Both the position numbers and the translations under genes were made by a program. Positions 14,301 to 20,000 of a DNA stretch of 20,000 nucleotides are shown piece by piece. Location: IMG/VR virus record IMGVR_UViG_3300005823_000001. One strand, given 5' to 3'. The stretch comes from an uncultured virus (IMG/VR IMGVR_UViG_3300005823_000001) (taxonomy: Duplodnaviria; Heunggongvirae; Uroviricota; Caudoviricetes). The notes under the pieces are model-generated. The model saw only the letters and a program-made list of their open reading frames with translations. It was not told the origin of the DNA and made no database searches. The stretch's first letter is position 1. Each line of letters begins with the position of its first letter.

Positions 14301-17300
14301 TCACCTCGTTACCGGCTGTAGCAACTTAAGCTCGCCTATAGCCCCTAAGTTCTCCTCGCCCTCATCCATGCGCTTTACATCGTACTTATACGGCTCAGGC
14401 CGCCTATTCCAAGCCAATAGAGGGTTAGTATCAGAATCGCTAATAGCGACATGCGCTACGGTAGCGCTCTGTTTAGTTACACCTCCAATAGCGCCACTGT
14501 CTTTCTCTATAAGAACATCATCAGCTATGGCTGTTTCACGTACAGTAGCTTTAAGCAGCCAGGTGCTTATATCCGTACCGTCGGGGAAGGTTACACGTAT
14601 AATAACGTCACATCCTTGATAGAATTCAATATCTGTCTCTACTGCCACATCTACACCTCCTACTATGTCTATATACTTTTCGATAGTGGCTTGTATGTCT
14701 ATGATTAGACCAGGTAGTGTAGCCCGTACCGTTAGACTGCCTACGCCAGCTAGAGCGGCAGAGCCCTTATAAGCGACGGCTGCTGCTGCCGACGCCTCAC
14801 CAATACCGGCCAAGGTAGCACTACCCTTAAGGATGCTGATAGCAATAGCGCTAACGTCGCCAACACCGGCCAATGTAGCTGAGCTACGACGTACCGCTCT
14901 ACCATCTGCTGTAAGGGCTCCGACACCGGCCAAGGTAGCAGAGCCTACCTTTTCCACCTTGCCTATAACAGATACATTGCCTACACCAGCTAGGGTGGCT
15001 CGGCCATACACCTCGCCGCCTACAGTACCAAGGGCTGATAGGTTTCCTATACCGGCTAGTGTAGCAGCCCCTACTAGGCCCATTATAGCATGAGCTTGCA
15101 AATCTCCCGCACCGGCCAATGTAGCTGAGGCTAAGCGTACACAGGCACCGGCCCCTGACAAGGCCCCTACACCCGCTAAGGTAGCGCTTCCTAGGGTTAT
15201 AACTCCACCTGATACACTAACTGTACCTACACCGGCTAGGGTAGCGGCCCCTGGACGTACAAGACCACTACTAGCGGTACACCCACCTACACCGGCTAAC
15301 GTAGCTATGCCAACATGCTCAACGGTAGCTGAACAGGTAAGGCCACCTGCGCCAGCTAAGGTGGCTTGGCCATATACCTCAGCACCTACAGTGCCAAGGG
15401 CTGATAGGTCGCCTATACCGGCCAGCGTACCTGAGCCCGCAAGGGTAGCAGATCCGCTAGCGCTCAAATCACCTATACCGACTAAGGTAGCAGAGCCGCT
15501 AGTTATCCGGCTACCCGTAGCAGATAAGGTTCCTACACCTGCTAGAGTGACTGTACCTGCCCTTGTTACGTTAGCAGCACATGTAAGCGCTCCGGCCCCA
15601 GCTAGGGTAGCTGAGCCCGTTACTATCGCTTGAATAACGGTAGCGGAAGCAGATAGGTTACCTATACCAACGAGTGTAGCTGAGCCTATCCGTTCTACGC
15701 TGGCACTACAAGTAAGGCCACCTATTCCTGCTAGGGTAGCTGAGCCTGTTACTATCGCCTGAGTGACAGTAGCTAAAGCAGTTAGACTGCCTATACCTGC
15801 TAGCGTAGCCGAACCTGCCCTTATTACGCTGGCATTACAAGCAAATGCTCCAACCCCAGCAAGTGTAGCTGAGCCTGTTCGTTCCACACCGGCGCTAGCT
15901 GATAGGTTGCCTACACCCGCTATAGTAGCGGCCCCTGGCCTGATAACACCACCACTAACAGATAAGGTTCCTATGCCAGCTAAGACGCCTGCACCCGTAG
16001 CCTCTATAGTAGCGCTACATGCGCAATCACCCACACCTGCTAACGTAGCTGTACCATATACCTCAGCACCTACAGTACCTAAGCAAGATAGGTCACCTAT
16101 ACCGGCTAGAGTGGCTGTGCCAGTACGTTCGATAGTGGCACTACAGGTAAGAGAACCTACACCAGCTAAGGTAGCAGAAGTGCCACGTATAACAGTGGCG
16201 TTAGCTGAGCAATCGCCTATACCTGCTAGTGTGGCTGAACCTGAACGTATAACGCCGCCACTAGCAGATACATTACCAATACCGGCCAGTGTAGCAGCCC
16301 CTGGCTTAGTTAAGCCACCACTACACGTAAGGGCTCCAACTCCAGATAGCGTAGCTGAGCCTGTCGCTTCCTTAGCAGCGCTACAAGCAAGAGAGCCTAC
16401 ACCAGCTAGGGTAGCTGAGCCATATACTTCAGCACCAACAGTAGCTAAGGCAGATAAGTTTCCTACACCAGCCAGTGTAGCTGAACCTATAGCCTCAATG
16501 CTAGCGCTACAAGTGAGATTGCCTACACCGGCGAGCGTAGCTGAGCCTGGACGTATCAGGCCAGCAGCAATAGATAAGCCACCAGCACCAGCTAGGGTAG
16601 CTGCTCCTGGCCTTACTAAGCCGCCACTACAAGTAAGATTAGCTACACCGGCTAAGGTGGCTGTACCATATACTATTGCCTGGATGACAGTAGCACTACA
16701 AGATAGAGTGCCAACGCCTGCCAGCGTAGCTGAGCCGGTACGTTCTACGCCGCCTAAGGCAGATAAAGTACCTATACCAGCTAACGTAGCTGCACCTGGC
16801 CTAGTAATGCTTGCGCTACAGGTAAGGCTGCCTATGCCAGCCAAAGTAGCTGTGCCGTATACTATTGCTTGAATGACACTAGCTGAACAAGTAAGGCCAC
16901 CAACACCCGCTAATGTAGCAGAGCCCCCTAATATTCTTGTAGCTGCGATAGATAGGTCGCCAACACCGGCTAGTGTAGCTGCGCCTACCGCTTCTTTTGC
17001 AGCTACACAAGTAAGGTTACCGGCTCCTGCTAATGCGGCTGAACCTATACGCTCTACACCGGCGCTACAACTCAAATCACCCGCACCAGCTAGGGTGGCG
17101 CTACCTGGCCTTACTAGGCCGCCACTACAAGTAAGGCCGCCTATTCCTGCTAATGTAGCTGAGCCGATACGCTCAATACCGGCGCTAACAGATAGGTCGC
17201 CTACTCCAGCTAGGGTAGCTGAGCCGGTGCGCTCAACGCTAGCACTACAAGTAAGGTTACCGGCTCCCGCTATAGTAGCTGAGCCACCTAGACGCCTAGT

Positions 17301-20000
17301 AGCCGCAGCAGATAAATCACCAGCACCAGCTAGGGTAGCACTACCAGGACGTTCTACACCGGCACTACATGATAGGTCACCGGCTCCGGCCAAAGTAGCA
17401 GCGCCAGAAACGTATTCATACAGGATTGAATAGACTGTAGCTACTTTAGTTAGGTCATGCGTATAGTTCTCGTAGCCTAGCGTTATAGGTTCTGTTGGAG
17501 TTGTAGCTGGTGATACTTCTGAGCCAAATAGTAGCTGTAAGACAACGAAATCTCCAATATCGCCCGCCGCCGCTCCGCTTCCTGGTACAGTCTTTTTCTC
17601 TCCTGGTAGCCAATCATCTATAACATCAACTACCGCATCTATTGATGGATATACCCCTGTAGTTAAGAAGGTTCCGGTTTCTCCAAGCGTCCCAGTAGGC
17701 TCTGTATATGCGGTCGCGACTCCTCCAAATAGGACTACGGCTGCGCCAAGATTGTCTACACCGTCCCCATAGCACCTAAGAGCATCGACATCGCATATTC
17801 GATTACCATACCATTTTAGCGGTGCCCAATAGCTCTGAGACGATAACCCTACCTGCTTAAGTAGCCGGTCGTAAGCTGTATTGGGTATAACATTCTTTAA
17901 GGTGACTAGCTTACCTGGGTCATTGTGCCAAGTAGGAACCATAATCGTCCTGTTATCACCGCATAGCAAAACCTCATCCGGCCCATATTCTGTATCAGCC
18001 AACCAGATGTGCTGAGCCGACATATCAGAGACTTTGATACGTGAGACAATACCAGGCTCACCGGCTGCGTGGAAGACGGCCCATATATAGTCGTCTGACT
18101 CTGTGGCTATGGAGCCGCAGGGCCAATGTTCAGGGCATATAAAGGTTGCCACCTGCGTAGACAAATCCGTCTTCTGAACCTTGACTATCTTGCCTACATG
18201 AGGGTCATCAATCTCTAGCCCGCAGAAGAAGTAGTCAGTAATAAGGGCTATGTCATCGGTGATGTAGGCTCCTAGGTCGTCTTTTTCCTCCTCAGGTAAG
18301 CCGCTGCCTAATCCAACTCTAAAAATGTACTTATTAGCGGTAGCGTATAGCTTACTTGTCTGACTATCGTAGCGGAGATTATGGACGTTGTAGGCCGTTT
18401 CACTTAGAATTCTGGCATCAGCGGCCCACCAAGAGCCAGGTACAACCTTTATAATGACACCGTCAGCGCAACCAAGATAGAGATTTGTTCCGTCACTGGT
18501 TATGGTATAGGGTATCTTATTTTCACTTATGTTGTGATCAGTCCTAGTCAATGTCTCAGCCGTGGCATCAAACTCGGCTATGTGCGTCCAGCTATCCCCT
18601 GCGTTGTAGACAACGTAAACCTTATCGCCTACTATCACCAGGTCGTCTGCCCAGCTTTCTCCACCTGGAGATTCCCACGCTTCATAGTCACTAGGGTTAT
18701 CAGGGTCAACCCGTATTAGATACCAGGGTGCCGTGCGGGTACAGAAGAAGGCTCGGCCCTCACCGGCATGCCAACCTGAGCCGTGGAATTGCTTTATACC
18801 AGCAGAGCATGTAGCAGAAAGCTTATCTGGTGGCCTTGAGCCTAGGAGGGTTGTTATATCGTCCCACGAGATTTTAGCTTCTGCCCCTACCGGCCCGAAC
18901 CAACGACGCCAACCGTTATAGGTTGTAACAAGAGGGCTATATGGAGTAACCGCTACAGGTATAGGAGCAGGAGGCGCAGCTACCTGTCCGCTGCCTACCC
19001 AAGGATCATTGAGCGTAATAGCTACCTTATTAGCATTATTCAAGGCTGAAATGGCCGCAATATCTGGTGGCTTGTAAGCGATATGTAGAGTAGCTACGCA
19101 AGGTTGACCGTGTAGGTCAACAGCCTTAGCTACTCGGTCGTCGCCGGTTGAGACATTATCGTAGAAGATGAATTGTATAGCCTGGTCTATATCCCATCCG
19201 GCACGGTCTACCACTTCTTGTATAATGCTCTTTAGGTCTGGTGTTCTAGTATCTGCTCCTCGCTCACCGTTTGACCAGGTAGGAATAGTCCAATCTGCAT
19301 AGGCTCCTGTAAGCTGAGCCAAACGAGAGTCAAAATCGGAAGCATCTGCTATTTGCGAGGAATCATCTGCATCATGCGCACGTATTCTAGTATATGTGTT
19401 TCCTGCTCCTGCTGCCGCACCTGTAAAGTCGATATAGGCCTCTAGGATGGTAGACCATCTTTGTATAGGTACGCTAGGAAACCGTACTACGCCGTGCTTA
19501 TCTGGCCCCACTAATACAAAAGTATTTCCTACCTTGTCATAGCCGGTGCTGGTGCGAGTGGCATCGTCGCCGGAGGCCGCAGGATGTACCTCATGGGCCT
19601 GCCAAGGGCTTACAGCTACCTCAATTTCATGTATACGTTGTTCGCCGGAAGTTTGCAGGGAGTATATCCAAATGTAGCGCCCAGGAGCGAAAAAGTAGTC
19701 ACTCTCTTGCCATCCAGAAGCGTCTAGGATTTTCTCGTCGGCCAGATAGAATTCAGGGTCATAAAAGCCTGTATAAAACTTTATACCGTCGCTTCCACCA
19801 AAACGAGCAGTATCCGGCTGATATATCCTAACCTTGTGTATCCAGTATTTTGCTCCAAGGTCAATAACTATCCAAGGCTTATTACCGGTTACTGCCCAAT
19901 AGGTAATGGTACTCCCGTCAATAGCATGAGCCGTTGGATGGCTAGGGTGAGTAGGGTCAGCCATATCATAGTAGTCGCCTACTCGAACAGGCGTGATAAG
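14301..20000 (-). CDS. Giant multi-domain virion fibre/receptor-binding-like protein (5' end outside the window)
   Basis: The frame stays open upstream of ATG 19964 to the edge (LITPVRVGDYYD-M), so the protein is at least 1899 aa. It has a discoidin/F5-8-like domain (AIDGS...W...IDLG...KVRIY...GRYIWI...IHEIEV), a DNRLRE/CBM-like domain, a probable beta-propeller, a 44-repeat stalk and a BppU-like C-terminus (FYQG.D...YKYDV...GELKL...VTR). Confidence 0.85.
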   Translation of the reverse strand, partial: LITPVRVGDYYDMADPTHPSHPTAHAIDGSTITYWAVTGNKPWIVIDLGAKYWIHKVRIYQPDTARFGGSDGIKFYTGFYDPEFYLADEKILDASGWQESDYFFAPGRYIWIYSLQTSGEQRIHEIEVAVSPWQAHEVHPAASGDDATRTSTGYDKVGNTFVLVGPDKHGVVRFPSVPIQRWSTILEAYIDFTGAAAGAGNTYTRIRAHDADDSSQIADASDFDSRLAQLTGAYADWTIPTWSNGERGADTRTPDLKSIIQEVVDRAGWDIDQAIQFIFYDNVSTGDDRVAKAVDLHGQPCVATLHIAYKPPDIAAISALNNANKVAITLNDPWVGSGQVAAPPAPIPVAVTPYSPLVTTYNGWRRWFGPVGAEAKISWDDITTLLGSRPPDKLSATCSAGIKQFHGSGWHAGEGRAFFCTRTAPWYLIRVDPDNPSDYEAWESPGGESWADDLVIVGDKVYVVYNAGDSWTHIAEFDATAETLTRTDHNISENKIPYTITSDGTNLYLGCADGVIIKVVPGSWWAADARILSETAYNVHNLRYDSQTSKLYATANKYIFRVGLGSGLPEEEKDDLGAYITDDIALITDYFFCGLEIDDPHVGKIVKVQKTDLSTQVATFICPEHWPCGSIATESDDYIWAVFHAAGEPGIVSRIKVSDMSAQHIWLADTEYGPDEVLLCGDNRTIMVPTWHNDPGKLVTLKNVIPNTAYDRLLKQVGLSSQSYWAPLKWYGNRICDVDALRCYGDGVDNLGAAVVLFGGVATAYTEPTGTLGETGTFLTTGVYPSIDAVVDVIDDWLPGEKKTVPGSGAAAGDIGDFVVLQLLFGSEVSPATTPTEPITLGYENYTHDLTKVATVYSILYEYVSGAATLAGAGDLSCSAGVERPGSATLAGAGDLSAAATRRLGGSATIAGAGNLTCSASVERTGSATLAGVGDLSVSAGIERIGSATLAGIGGLTCSGGLVRPGSATLAGAGDLSCSAGVERIGSAALAGAGNLTCVAAKEAVGAATLAGVGDLSIAATRILGGSATLAGVGGLTCSASVIQAIVYGTATLAGIGSLTCSASITRPGAATLAGIGTLSALGGVERTGSATLAGVGTLSCSATVIQAIVYGTATLAGVANLTCSGGLVRPGAATLAGAGGLSIAAGLIRPGSATLAGVGNLTCSASIEAIGSATLAGVGNLSALATVGAEVYGSATLAGVGSLACSAAKEATGSATLSGVGALTCSGGLTKPGAATLAGIGNVSASGGVIRSGSATLAGIGDCSANATVIRGTSATLAGVGSLTCSATIERTGTATLAGIGDLSCLGTVGAEVYGTATLAGVGDCACSATIEATGAGVLAGIGTLSVSGGVIRPGAATIAGVGNLSASAGVERTGSATLAGVGAFACNASVIRAGSATLAGIGSLTALATVTQAIVTGSATLAGIGGLTCSASVERIGSATLVGIGNLSASATVIQAIVTGSATLAGAGALTCAANVTRAGTVTLAGVGTLSATGSRITSGSATLVGIGDLSASGSATLAGSGTLAGIGDLSALGTVGAEVYGQATLAGAGGLTCSATVEHVGIATLAGVGGCTASSGLVRPGAATLAGVGTVSVSGGVITLGSATLAGVGALSGAGACVRLASATLAGAGDLQAHAIMGLVGAATLAGIGNLSALGTVGGEVYGRATLAGVGNVSVIGKVEKVGSATLAGVGALTADGRAVRRSSATLAGVGDVSAIAISILKGSATLAGIGEASAAAAVAYKGSAALAGVGSLTVRATLPGLIIDIQATIEKYIDIVGGVDVAVETDIEFYQGCDVIIRVTFPDGTDISTWLLKATVRETAIADDVLIEKDSGAIGGVTKQSATVAHVAISDSDTNPLLAWNRRPEPYKYDVKRMDEGEENLGAIGELKLLQPVTR
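14706..17405 (-). repeat. 44 tandem coding repeats, consensus GSATLAGxGxLxCSAxVxRx (60-bp unit)
   Basis: Manual count: 36x20 aa + 4x22 aa + 4x23 aa = 900 aa = 2700 nt, matching the coordinates exactly. Confidence 0.95.

Noticed and set aside
14706..17405. 60-bp periodicity resembling a CRISPR array
   Set aside because: The units are degenerate at synonymous positions, lie in one open frame, and lack an invariant repeat/unique spacer structure. No cas genes are present.
14833..17433. Long plus-strand ORFs (up to 369 aa) with AEP/PTPA repeats
   Set aside because: They are antisense shadows of the repetitive minus-strand fibre gene, in codon register with it.

Overview
A 20-kb piece of a tailed dsDNA phage (or prophage) genome. 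No tRNA, rRNA, CRISPR or integrase is visible, and the host cannot be identified beyond being a peptidoglycan-containing bacterium. There are four blocks. (1) 1-9274, minus strand: an early/replication operon with small Cys/His-rich proteins, a TOPRIM-like protein, a HARP-SNF2 helicase, a DUF932-like protein, a DnaB-type helicase, a DnaG-type primase, a sigma-region-4/LuxR-like HTH protein and a T4 gp32-like SSB. (2) 9275-9931: a divergent control region with host-type TTGACT-N17-(C/G)ATAAT promoters and about 440 nt of densely hairpinned non-coding sequence. (3) 9932-11653, plus strand: a cassette with a NUMOD3-like protein, two unknowns and a membrane-anchored 3D-domain protein. (4) 11637-20000, minus strand: the end of the late operon, with a >1899-aa fibre-like protein carrying 44 tandem repeats, an HExxH peptidase, holin-like genes, an HNH endonuclease and an amidase endolysin. 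The most striking observation is a bipartite promoter-like motif, AAAATTGGCGGCGA-N17-CATAATTARAATGGAGGG, present twice 8.75 kb apart. One copy sits in front of the HTH gene and the other in front of the structured non-coding region. That region carries an anti-Shine-Dalgarno stretch with 11-nt complementarity to the RBS of the HTH gene and to the RBS of the first early gene. This suggests a candidate protein/RNA regulatory switch, which is an untested hypothesis. Family assignments come from motif recognition only; no database searches were run.
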